Below, one piece after another: positions 1 to 9,276 of a DNA stretch of 64,000 bases. Both the position numbers and the translations under genes were made by a program. The stretch's first letter is position 1. Each line of letters starts with the position of its first letter. The stretch is from Lishizhenia tianjinensis (GTDB lineage Bacteria > Bacteroidota > Bacteroidia > Flavobacteriales_D > Crocinitomicaceae): assembly GCF_900116425.1 (NCBI RefSeq), contig NZ_FPAS01000001.1, positions 978,767-1,042,766 on the forward strand, read 5' to 3'. The notes below the pieces were generated by a model. The model made no database searches, was not told the origin of the DNA, and saw nothing but the letters and a program-made list of their open reading frames with translations.

Positions 1-1
1 A

Positions 2-1615
2 GAAATGGCGAGCAATGCAGAGCGCAAAGCTTTGTTCCCAAACAACAACCCTTACGGGGAAATCATGACAGAAGAAAGCTTGAAAAGCATCACAAGAAAT
101 GATGTTTTGGCTTACTTCAACATGAGCTTTACACCACAAGATGCTTACTTAGTTATTGTTGGTGATATCACTGTAGAAGAAGCAAAAGAAATGGCAGAAG
201 CTAAGTTTGGTTCTTGGAAAGGTGAAGCAGCACACAAAGCAGAATTCAACAAAGGTTACTTCCCTAAAGGAAACAGAGTAATTTTTGTAGAGAAGCCAGG
301 TGCGGTTCAATCTGTAATTACTATCGCTCACCCTATTGAAATGATGCCAGGTAACCCTGATCAGATCAAGTTAAGCGTGATGAACAAAATCTTAGGTGGT
401 GGTGGTTTCGGTACGCGTTTGATGCAAAACTTGCGTGAAGACAAAGCCTACACTTACGGAGCTTACTCTAACTTATCTGTTGACAGATACGGAAGCTACA
501 TTTCTGCTTCTGGTAACTTTAGAAATGATGTAACTGATTCTGCTATTGTTCAATTTTTACACGAATTCACAAACATTACTGAAGGTGAAGTAACGGATGA
601 AGAATTAGAGTTAAACAAAATGTCTATGTCTGGTAGCTTTGCACGTTCGTTAGAGTCGCCACAAACCATTGCGCGTTTTGCTTTAAACACGTACAGAAAT
701 AACTTACCGGCAGATTACTACCAAACTTACTTGAAAAACTTAATGGCAGTATCTAAGGCTGACGTTTTAGAAGTTGCTAAAAAATACATCACTCCAAACA
801 ACTTAAACATTATTGTTGTTGGTTCTCCTGACGTATTAGACAAGTTAAAGAAGTTTGATGCTGACGGTAAAATTGAAATGTTTGACGCATTTGGAAATGT
901 ATCTAAGAAAGTAGAATACACAGCTGTAAATATGACGGCTTCTGACATTTTAGGAAATGCATTAAAAGCTTTCACATCAACTGCCTCTGTAGAAGAAGCA
1001 CAAGCTAAAATTGCAGGTGTTAAAACTTACGCAATGACAGGTGAAGCTTCTATGTCGGGTGCTCCATTTGCATTAGCGATTAAAGAGTACATGGCTGAAG
1101 GTAAAAAATACTACTCTTCTTTATCTATCCCTGCTATGGGTATGGATGTACAGAAAGAAGTGTTTACAGCTGAAAAAGGTATGACATCAGGAATGGGACA
1201 AGCTGGACCTGTTACTACTGAAATGACTGCTGACGAATTAGCTGAAAAACACGCAAACTTTAACATCGTAGGTTTAGATTACTTAGACCTTTTAAATGGT
1301 GAAGGAGTGAAAGTTTTAGGAGCTTTAGAAGAAGACGGTAAGAAATTAATCGTTGTTCAATACACTTCTGAAGGAAACCAAAAAACAGCTTACTTCAACG
1401 CAGAGACTTTCTTAATTGAGAAATCAGTTGTAATGGTAGAATTGCCTGATGGTTCTCAAGCAGAAATGTTAAACACATTTAACGATTACACAGCAGTTGA
1501 TGGATTTATGTTCTCAACATCGCGTAAGCAGGTTATGGGACCACAAGCCGTAACTTTTTCTAACATCGTTATTACATTGAACGAAAAATTAGACGAAGGA
1601 TTATTCAAGTTCTAA
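2..1615 (+). CDS. M16 (pitrilysin/insulinase) family zinc peptidase, C-terminal portion. The 5' end is upstream of the window.
   Basis: The frame is open from the window edge. The segment 'LVIVGDITVEEAKEMAEAKFGSWKG' and the following inactive-half domain are typical of M16 C-terminal halves. A hairpin terminator follows directly. Confidence 0.55.
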   Translation, partial: EMASNAERKALFPNNNPYGEIMTEESLKSITRNDVLAYFNMSFTPQDAYLVIVGDITVEEAKEMAEAKFGSWKGEAAHKAEFNKGYFPKGNRVIFVEKPGAVQSVITIAHPIEMMPGNPDQIKLSVMNKILGGGGFGTRLMQNLREDKAYTYGAYSNLSVDRYGSYISASGNFRNDVTDSAIVQFLHEFTNITEGEVTDEELELNKMSMSGSFARSLESPQTIARFALNTYRNNLPADYYQTYLKNLMAVSKADVLEVAKKYITPNNLNIIVVGSPDVLDKLKKFDADGKIEMFDAFGNVSKKVEYTAVNMTASDILGNALKAFTSTASVEEAQAKIAGVKTYAMTGEASMSGAPFALAIKEYMAEGKKYYSSLSIPAMGMDVQKEVFTAEKGMTSGMGQAGPVTTEMTADELAEKHANFNIVGLDYLDLLNGEGVKVLGALEEDGKKLIVVQYTSEGNQKTAYFNAETFLIEKSVVMVELPDGSQAEMLNTFNDYTAVDGFMFSTSRKQVMGPQAVTFSNIVITLNEKLDEGLFKF

Positions 1616-1637
1616 GTCGAAATTATAGATCTAAGAA

Positions 1638-1668
1638 AAGAGGAGCAAAATTGCTCCTCTTTTTTTTT
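1638..1668 (+). terminator. Rho-independent terminator after the M16 peptidase gene
   Basis: The GC stem 'gaggagcaa..ttgctcctc' is followed by a T9 run. Confidence 0.7.
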
Positions 1669-1776
1669 GCCCCTAACTTCCTCTTTTTCAAACCAGAACT
1701 AAAAAGCCTCGAAATTTCTTCAAAAAAACTCCCAAAAAGCACTTGTCAATAGAAAAAAGATGAGTACTTTCGCCGC

Positions 1777-1864
1777 GGAGAAGTGGCAGAGCGGTTGAAT
1801 GCACCGGTCTTGAAAACCGGCATACTGAGAGGTATCGGGGGTTCGAATCCCTCCTTCTCCGCCA
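1777..1864 (+). tRNA. tRNA-Ser (anticodon UGA), type II with a long variable arm; CCA encoded
   Basis: The acceptor stem GGAGAAG/CTTCTCC pairs. Position 8 is T. The anticodon stem CCGGT/ACCGG carries the loop CTTGAAA. The T-arm GGGGG TTCGAAT CCCTC is present and the 3' end is GCCA. Total length 88 nt with the long extra arm typical of Ser. Confidence 0.9.
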
Positions 1865-1866
1865 GC

Positions 1867-1898
1867 AAAAACCGACTCAAATGAGTCGGTTTTTTTTT
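1867..1898 (+). terminator. Rho-independent terminator after tRNA-Ser
   Basis: The stem 'aaccgactca..tgagtcggtt' is followed by a T9 run. Confidence 0.7.
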
Positions 1899-2298
1899 GT
1901 TTAAGGTGTTTTGAAAATCTCTTTTTTCAAAACGCCCCAATTATCACCTTCCCTCACCCAAAACACAACATTTATCATACATTCCCACCTTTCATTTCGT
2001 GTTGAATAATTCAATCAACGATGGACATATTAAATGGAGTTTATTTACCAATAATTGCGGTATAAAAACAATACGCATAGACTCCCGAAGACACAGATAA
2101 AGCGCACTTTATAAATCAAAACCTCACACTTCTAACTAAGAAAAGCCAACTTTCCACCTACAGAAATTCAAAAAAATAACTAGCTTTAAACAGATAGACT
2201 TACAACCACCACTATTCTCAAGAATTCTGGCGGTTTTTAATTAATTAAAATTGAAAAAGGTGTGTTTATACACTTGTTGTAGCTAATTAAATCAGCAA

Positions 2299-2790
2299 AT
2301 GCGAATAATAATTATAATAATTCTGAACTCTTTGATTTTGGCTAGTTGCGGAAATAAAAACAAGGATAAAGAATCAAAAATTAAAATAGAACAAAACGAA
2401 TTGGATACGAAATCATTCTTGGACAATGTTAAGCTCGCTATAAATCCAAAATTTAAGGATTGGGTATTATTTGAGAATGGAACATACATAATATTTGACG
2501 ATATAAACCAAATTGACAACATTGAAAATGAATCGATAAGACTAATGAAAGAATTCGGACCAGTTCACGCAGGTGGACCTGCTGGAGATTTTAACGTTAT
2601 ATCACTAAATCAAACAGAAGGTTGGGTCGTTTCTGGACATGGTTATGGAATGTACACTTATGTCAATCCTTCAGAATTAGAAATGAATTCACCTGATGAC
2701 GTTACAATCGGACTTTACGGGCGTTCCAAACGAAATAGCGACGGAGAAAATCCGAATATAATTCACATTAATAGTTCTAAAAATAACTAG
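2299..2790 (+). CDS. Hypothetical lipoprotein
   Basis: ATG start. A hydrophobic N-terminus ends in 'LILASCG', a lipobox. No recognisable domain. Confidence 0.5.
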   Translation: MRIIIIIILNSLILASCGNKNKDKESKIKIEQNELDTKSFLDNVKLAINPKFKDWVLFENGTYIIFDDINQIDNIENESIRLMKEFGPVHAGGPAGDFNVISLNQTEGWVVSGHGYGMYTYVNPSELEMNSPDDVTIGLYGRSKRNSDGENPNIIHINSSKNN

Positions 2791-2932
2791 CTACAACAAT
2801 GTATATAAAAAATAGGCGAAATAGTATTAAAATAAAGGTTTCTGGCTCTTATCAATCTTTGTGCTTAACCTAAATTTCAGTGCTTCGTAATCGCCTACTT
2901 TTCATATACTAACCGTTGTGGTTCATTAGAAA

Positions 2933-3742
2933 ATGACAAGAGAAGAAGTTTTAAATATTATAACAACAAACGATTATTCTGAAATTGATAGGAATTTTAA
3001 TCAAATGATTTCTTTATCAGAAGATAACAATGAACTTTTCAATCAAATGTTTAAGAAGGTTTTATTTAAAGTAGCCTGTCTCAACAATGATAGAGAAGAC
3101 CTTTTTAAATCAATTAAATTTCTTGACTTAAGTTTCCATGGGCTTTCAAAATTACCTAAAGCAGTGTGGCATCTAACACATTTGACCAGACTTGATTATA
3201 TGAGAGGTAATTTGAAAGTTATCCCAAAGGAAATATCATTGTTGAAGAATTTAAAGACCTTATGCTCTAGTTATAATTTAATAAGTAAAGTACCAAAAGA
3301 GTTAGGTCTGCTAAGCGAACTTGAAAGCCTTTGGTTAAACGATAATTCGATTTCAAAACTACCTAAGGAATTAGGAAATCTAGAAAAGCTAAAAGAACTA
3401 AGTTTAGATAAGAATCAATTGAAAAAATTGCCAAAGGAATTAGTTCAACTCAATAACCTCAAATCTCTGAGAATTGTAGATAATCAACTTAGAGAAATAC
3501 CAGAGTTTATTTTTGAACTTGAAAATTTAGAGAGTTTAAGTTTAGGGAGAAATAGAATCAAAGAAATTCCAGCCAAGATTAGTTCTTTGAAGAAACTTTA
3601 TTATTTGGGATTACAAGGAAATCCATTGACAAAAATATCTGAGAACGTTAACGAACTTAATTTGATAACCTTCAATATTTCTCACACAGGAATTAAGGAT
3701 ACAAGATTTTTGAATGATAAACTACAAAAGGCAAAGATTTAA
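2933..3742 (+). CDS. Leucine-rich repeat (LRR) protein
   Basis: Eight or more tandem 23-aa repeats of the LxxLxxLxLxxNxLxxLPxE type, for example 'LSKLPKELGNLEKLKELSLDKNQLKKLPKEL'. Confidence 0.75.
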   Translation: MTREEVLNIITTNDYSEIDRNFNQMISLSEDNNELFNQMFKKVLFKVACLNNDREDLFKSIKFLDLSFHGLSKLPKAVWHLTHLTRLDYMRGNLKVIPKEISLLKNLKTLCSSYNLISKVPKELGLLSELESLWLNDNSISKLPKELGNLEKLKELSLDKNQLKKLPKELVQLNNLKSLRIVDNQLREIPEFIFELENLESLSLGRNRIKEIPAKISSLKKLYYLGLQGNPLTKISENVNELNLITFNISHTGIKDTRFLNDKLQKAKI

Positions 3743-3826
3743 AAAAAATTAAACCACAACAAGGTGTATAAAGCACGCCCTTCAGGATACGATTCATACA
3801 CAGAATGTTACATGCAATTGAGAAAA

Positions 3827-4351
3827 ATGAAGAAACTCCTTTACCTAACAATTGTTCTTGGATTGATCAGCTGTACATCTGAATCAAATGATAAAGATAA
3901 TGAAACCAAGAAAACCATAGAGGAAGTCGATGTTGTCGAAACAATGACCTGTGAGAAGTGCAATTTTAACGCTATCATGAACGCAAGTGACAACTGCGAC
4001 AAATTAACCAAGGAAGAATTAGAACAATTTCTTTGCTCCTATGATGCAAGTTGCGATTGGACATTTGAATTGATGGAAACGAGAGAAAATCAAAACTTTG
4101 GGGTTGCTTGGGATATGTTGTTTGTCCATTTCGACAAATACTTTGATTACTATATAGAGATTTTAGAAGAAAATAAATCTATTAGTCGGGACTACCTAAT
4201 CCAACTATTTTCTATGCCCGCAATATATGATTTACCACATCGTCAAATATTGAGCAAATTGAAAGAAATAGAAAAGAAAACGGAGTTTCAAACTCGACTT
4301 GAGAATGCTTTTGAACAATCCGTTTCTGAAGGAGACAAATTGTTAGAATAA
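3827..4351 (+). CDS. Cysteine-rich hypothetical lipoprotein
   Basis: The ORF-track start at 3764 is GTG. The first ATG yields 'MKKLLYLTIVLGLISCTSE', a lipoprotein signal. Several Cys pairs occur (CEKC, CDK, CSYDASCDW). Confidence 0.5.
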   Translation: MKKLLYLTIVLGLISCTSESNDKDNETKKTIEEVDVVETMTCEKCNFNAIMNASDNCDKLTKEELEQFLCSYDASCDWTFELMETRENQNFGVAWDMLFVHFDKYFDYYIEILEENKSISRDYLIQLFSMPAIYDLPHRQILSKLKEIEKKTEFQTRLENAFEQSVSEGDKLLE

Positions 4352-4858
4352 ATTAAAGAAAAAAGCCGGTAACAACGTACATGGTAAATAGAGCTTTCTA
4401 CTGCCCTACATGCCATTGACTAACTTTTACCCCCAACTAAAAAGCTTTACCAAAATCTACTCCTTCCCCCCCTAAAATGGAAAGGGCATTGTAAAAACAT
4501 ACCCGAGAAAAGACTCGAATAACTTCATTTCTCAAAAGTATACTTGTACTAATGTTCATAGAGGATATGGGGTTTAAACCCAGAGTTGGAACACTACTGG
4601 GACAAAGAATTCTACCAGCGATAGCAATGGCAACCCGCAAGAGTTTGCCACATTGAAACTTAGGATTTGAAGGTGGTAACCTGAAAAATACTTTAGTTGA
4701 AAGCGGCAAAGGAAGAGGATTATAATGGATAGCGCGCCCGGGTAGCCAAGTAAAGCCTTTAAAAAATGCAGCCTTGTTAATAAAAGGTATACAATCGCTT
4801 TACTTCCCTACTAAAATTATTATCTTCAACGCTTCTAAAACACGCATAAAATCAAGTT

Positions 4859-7837
4859 ATGAAATTCAACATTACTGAATTCTTTAAACGCAATTGGGTA
4901 CATTTCTTTGCCCTTGGTTTATTTTTCGTTATCACCTTGGCGTATTTCTCTCCACAATTTGGAGGCAATGGATTGAAGCAACACGACATCGAGCAATTCA
5001 TAGGAATGTCTCACGAAACGGTAGAATACAGGGCCGAAAACGGTGAAGAACCTTTGTGGACCAACTCTATGTTTGGAGGAATGCCTACCTATCAAATTTC
5101 AACGGCATACGAAGGAAATATGCTTACGCAAGTAAAACGTATATTAGGTCTCTGGTTAGGGTCGCCTGCGGGAATTTTCTTAACCTACCTTACAGGGTTT
5201 TACATTATGTTGTTGTGTTTTAGAACCAACAAATGGGTTGCTATTTTAGGCGCATTGGCTTTTGCTTTTTCGTCTTACTACATCATTATATTACAAGCGG
5301 GTCACAACTCCAAAGCCATGGCCATTGCTTTAGCACCTCCAGTAATTGGTGCCTTTTATATGGCCTTCAGGAACAATTTGAAATGGGGTATTTTACTTTC
5401 TGCCCTATTTATGGGAATGGAAATTTCTGCCAACCACTTACAAATCACTTACTACCTAGGAATAGTCTTGATATTCATGGGAATAGTAGAATTGGTGCGT
5501 GCTTTTGGAAAACAAAGCAATTTTAAACGTTTCGGTTTTGCTACGTTAGGTGTGCTTGTGGCCTACGGTTTTGCTTTAGGAATTAACTATGGTAACATTA
5601 GTTTTACCAACGACTATGCAAAATACACCATTCGTGGAGCGAACGATATAAAAATAAATCCAGACGGAACCACAGCGGCGAACAACCAATCGAAAGGATT
5701 AGACAAAGACTATATAACACAGTGGAGTTACGGAATAGGAGAATCGATGACCTTGATTTCGCCTTACATCAACGGTGGTGGAACTGCAGTAATAGGAAAT
5801 AGTCCGTTCAAGGATAAATTAAAAAGTAAAGAATACAGAAACGACGCTCCAGAACTTTCAAAACAAATGATGTACTGGGGAGATCAGCCCATAGTAACGG
5901 GTCCGGTTTACTTAGGTATTATCGTAGTTTTCTTGGCATTATTGGCCCTAGTTTTTGTGAAGGATAGAATCAAGTGGGCATTGTTGGCGGCTACGATACT
6001 TTGTTTAATGTTGTCGTGGGGTAAAAACTACATGGGACTCACAGAGTTCTTTATTGACAACATTCCAGGTTACAACAAATTTAGAGCGGTTACCATTATT
6101 TTAGCCATAGTTGAGATATGTGTACCTCTTTTAGGTGTATTGTTCTTACAAAAGTTGATACAAGAAAGAGAAGCCATTAAGGCTCAAATGAAAACTTTCT
6201 ACATCGTATCTGGAGCGAGTGCCTTGTTGCTTTTAATCTTTGCCTTTGCAGGTACTGGAGATGATTACCTAAGTGAAAGAGAAAGTGAATTTTTATACGG
6301 CATGGAGGCCAATGTACGTTCGCAAATAGAGAGCATACCCGTAGCCCAAGCCAAAGAGCAATATGGAGTTGATTTAAACAATCCACAACAAAAACAAGCT
6401 TTTATCCAAAACGTGGTAGAAAACCAGAGCAAGAGCTTTGATGCCGTGGTTGATTTTAGAGCCGATATAGCTAAAATGAGTTACTTAAGATCTTTTGGTT
6501 TCTTGTTGGTTGCTGCTTTCATCATCTTTGCTTTCCTAAAATGGGAAATTAAAACAGAATTGCTTATTGGAGCTTTGGCAATAGTTATTTTGGCTGACTT
6601 AGTACCCGTGGATAGAATTTACCTAAACAGTGAGAAAGAAAGAGGTGAAATGAAATTCTGGATGCCCGAGTTTGAAAAAGTGAACCCCTTCTACCCTAAC
6701 CGTGCTGATCAGCAAATCATGCAAAATGAAATTGCGCAGAACCCAGAATTACAGAAGGTTATAGACGAAGCTGCAAAAAAGGCAGAGGACAAAGACTTGC
6801 GCAGAGAGAAAGGTTATGCCAATTATATAGAAGGAAAGAAATTTGCAGCCTTGAATGCTCACACGAACTACAGAGTTTACGAGCCAAGTGGAGGAACAAA
6901 TTCATCGAGAGCTTCCTATTTCCACAAATCTATGGGAGGTTATCACGGAGCAAAATTGAGAAACATACAGAACATCTACAACTTCCAATTATCTCAAGGA
7001 AATTACAAGATTTTCGATATGTTTAACGTGAAGTATTTCATTCAACAAAACCAACAAACGGGAGAGTACCAAGCGCAGCCTAACCCTAATGCTTTGGGTA
7101 ATGCTTGGTTGGTATCTGAATTCCAAGTTGAAGAAACACCTGAAGAAGAAATTAGAGCTTTGGGGAAAGAAGTTAAAATCACCAACAAAGGAAATGGAAC
7201 CTTGGTGGTAAACAATGAAGTAGTTACAGATGCTTTGGTTTACGGTGCTGAAAAAATTCAATACGTAAACAAGGGCGATTCTATGAACATCAACATTCAA
7301 ACGACCTTACAAACTGGTCAAGCCTCTAGCTTTGTAGCAGATATAAATGGTAGAGGAAACTGGGTACCTAATTTCACTTTAGAGATGGATACAACCAACT
7401 CTTTTGAGGTATTGGTAACACAAGAAGTAGTAGATAACTTCATGCCGCGTACAGAAGCTATTATTACCCCTTCTACCTACGAAAAAGTTAAGGATAAAAA
7501 GATAACTGGAGAAGGAACAATTACAATGACCTCTTATGCTCCAAATGAATTACACTACGCCATCAACACGAGTGGAGATCAATTCGCGGTATTCTCTGAA
7601 ATATACTACCCAGATGGATGGAATGCCTACCTAGACGGAAAGCAGGTAGACATAGAGAAAACAAACTACTTGTTGCGCGGTGTATTTTTACCAGCAGGAG
7701 CGAAAGAATTAGTAATGAAGTTTGAGGTACCGAGTTTTGATACAGTAAATACGGTTTCTTTTGTGCTTTCCCTTTTCTTACTTCTTTTGATTGTATTTTT
7801 CTTTATCAAAGATCTTAAGGATAAAAAATGGGCATAG
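4859..7837 (+). CDS. YfhO-family large polytopic membrane protein; putative glycan/polymer transferase with a large C-terminal extracytoplasmic domain
   Basis: 992 aa. The N-terminal half has many hydrophobic helices. The motifs 'FSPQFGGNGLKQHD' and 'EEPLWTNSMFGGMPTYQ' resemble the YfhO N-terminus. A terminal TM ('LSLFLLLLIVFFFIK') follows. It overlaps the downstream flippase gene by 10 bp. Confidence 0.55.
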   Translation: MKFNITEFFKRNWVHFFALGLFFVITLAYFSPQFGGNGLKQHDIEQFIGMSHETVEYRAENGEEPLWTNSMFGGMPTYQISTAYEGNMLTQVKRILGLWLGSPAGIFLTYLTGFYIMLLCFRTNKWVAILGALAFAFSSYYIIILQAGHNSKAMAIALAPPVIGAFYMAFRNNLKWGILLSALFMGMEISANHLQITYYLGIVLIFMGIVELVRAFGKQSNFKRFGFATLGVLVAYGFALGINYGNISFTNDYAKYTIRGANDIKINPDGTTAANNQSKGLDKDYITQWSYGIGESMTLISPYINGGGTAVIGNSPFKDKLKSKEYRNDAPELSKQMMYWGDQPIVTGPVYLGIIVVFLALLALVFVKDRIKWALLAATILCLMLSWGKNYMGLTEFFIDNIPGYNKFRAVTIILAIVEICVPLLGVLFLQKLIQEREAIKAQMKTFYIVSGASALLLLIFAFAGTGDDYLSERESEFLYGMEANVRSQIESIPVAQAKEQYGVDLNNPQQKQAFIQNVVENQSKSFDAVVDFRADIAKMSYLRSFGFLLVAAFIIFAFLKWEIKTELLIGALAIVILADLVPVDRIYLNSEKERGEMKFWMPEFEKVNPFYPNRADQQIMQNEIAQNPELQKVIDEAAKKAEDKDLRREKGYANYIEGKKFAALNAHTNYRVYEPSGGTNSSRASYFHKSMGGYHGAKLRNIQNIYNFQLSQGNYKIFDMFNVKYFIQQNQQTGEYQAQPNPNALGNAWLVSEFQVEETPEEEIRALGKEVKITNKGNGTLVVNNEVVTDALVYGAEKIQYVNKGDSMNINIQTTLQTGQASSFVADINGRGNWVPNFTLEMDTTNSFEVLVTQEVVDNFMPRTEAIITPSTYEKVKDKKITGEGTITMTSYAPNELHYAINTSGDQFAVFSEIYYPDGWNAYLDGKQVDIEKTNYLLRGVFLPAGAKELVMKFEVPSFDTVNTVSFVLSLFLLLLIVFFFIKDLKDKKWA

Positions 7838-9276
7838 TTCTGAAACACACCCTGAAGGGAAGTATTTATCTTTATTTAGGTACACTAATAGGAGGTATAA
7901 ATGTTTCTCTTCTTTTTCCAAATCTTTTGGGAGAACAACAATGGGGTGTGCTTACAATCCTATTAACCTTGGTAGCCATGGGGAGTCAGTTCTCGCAACT
8001 AGGTCTCCCTTCCGTTATAACGAAATACTTCCCTCTTTACAACAACAGTGAAGTTGAAGGATTTCTCCGTTTTATTGCCTTAAGTTTTATACTCAGTACG
8101 GGAATAATAACATTACTGGTAATTATCTTCCAATCACAATTAATGCACTCTTATCGCATTGATGATGTTTCACCATTCTTTTTTGTATTTTTCGTCTGTG
8201 GTTTGATATTCTTCACTACTATGTTAAGAATAATCACATCATTGTTAGTTATTCAGTATAAAACGCCCGCATCTTTCTTCTTTGTAGAAGTTTTATTAAG
8301 AGTACTTCAAAGCCTTTTTCTAGTAATTTATCACTTCACAGACTTAAACTTCACAGGATTTCTAGGCTTATATTTGGCGAGCTACATTTTGGTTAATTTA
8401 GTCGCATTGATTTATTTTCAAGTCTCTAAAACCATGAAATTAAACCTTTTTTTAGAGCGTACTTCTGGTTTAAAAATTAGGGAATATATCCATTATGGCT
8501 TGTACACTTTTTTTAATGGTTTTGGTAATGAAATGATTAAAAATCTTGACTTATTAATGTTAGGTTACTTAGTCTTTAACGGTGATATATTAGCAGGAAA
8601 GTATAAATCAATTACATTTTTTGCATCTCTAATCCTTATTCCCCTTAGACCTCTCCATCAAATTTTAATAACGATAGTAAGCAACAATTGGACAGATACT
8701 AAAAACAATGAAATAGAAGGTATTTACAGAGATTCATCTTTTTTTGGAATATTTGTTTCCGGTTTAATTTACTTCCTGCTTCTTTTTAATTTCAATTGGA
8801 TATCAGAGCTATTTCCCATCATTGATGAGGGTCTTTTGGTTCTTACTTTTTTTGGATTAGGTACTTTTATCAATGCCGTAACTGGAATTAATGCTTCTTT
8901 AATAAGCTTCTCCAAGTTCTTCAAATTCAACACTTTTTCGTTACTCATAAGTTTAGTAGTAAACATTGTATTAAATTATCTGTTGATAAAAGAATTCAAC
9001 ATTATTGGTGCGGCAATATCAACCGGTTTTAGTACCCTATTCCTAAACCTTATTCGCTACTATTTTCTAAAGCGTAAGTTTGGGTATTCTCCATTCACTC
9101 GCCTAAACTTATTCCAATTGATCACCATTATAGGTCTATGTGTACTGGCTGTATTTCTTAATCATTTTAAACTTATAAATACTCAAAGCTCCATTATAGG
9201 CAGTGTTATAATTTCAGGTTTCTTCTTTTACTATATTTACAATTCTCAATCCTTTAAAAAAGCTTTAAGTAAATAA
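7828..9276 (+). CDS. Polysaccharide/oligosaccharide flippase (Wzx/PST family, MOP superfamily)
   Basis: 482 aa with about 12-14 predicted TM helices. The N-terminus is typical of lipopolysaccharide biosynthesis / polysaccharide transporters ('LYLGTLIGGINVSLLFPNLLGEQQWGVLTILLTLVAMGSQFSQLGLPSVITKYFP'). Confidence 0.65.
   Translation: MGIVLKHTLKGSIYLYLGTLIGGINVSLLFPNLLGEQQWGVLTILLTLVAMGSQFSQLGLPSVITKYFPLYNNSEVEGFLRFIALSFILSTGIITLLVIIFQSQLMHSYRIDDVSPFFFVFFVCGLIFFTTMLRIITSLLVIQYKTPASFFFVEVLLRVLQSLFLVIYHFTDLNFTGFLGLYLASYILVNLVALIYFQVSKTMKLNLFLERTSGLKIREYIHYGLYTFFNGFGNEMIKNLDLLMLGYLVFNGDILAGKYKSITFFASLILIPLRPLHQILITIVSNNWTDTKNNEIEGIYRDSSFFGIFVSGLIYFLLLFNFNWISELFPIIDEGLLVLTFFGLGTFINAVTGINASLISFSKFFKFNTFSLLISLVVNIVLNYLLIKEFNIIGAAISTGFSTLFLNLIRYYFLKRKFGYSPFTRLNLFQLITIIGLCVLAVFLNHFKLINTQSSIIGSVIISGFFFYYIYNSQSFKKALSK

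Noticed and set aside
4437-4709. 90-aa minus-strand ORF in the long intergenic region; also considered tmRNA or RNase P RNA here
   Set aside because: The ORF has no start context and its translation is not protein-like. I could not find the tmRNA tRNA-like 3' end (GGGGGTTCGA..CCACCA) or the RNase P CR-I motif (AGGAAAGTCCGGGCTCC). It is kept only as a low-interest possible ncRNA region.
5233-7300. Alternative-frame ORFs 5233-5526 (+), 6177-6386 (-), 6989-7300 (-) within the YfhO-like gene
   Set aside because: They are fully nested in a 992-aa ORF with coherent membrane-protein features. Their translations are Cys/His/Phe-rich and look like noise.
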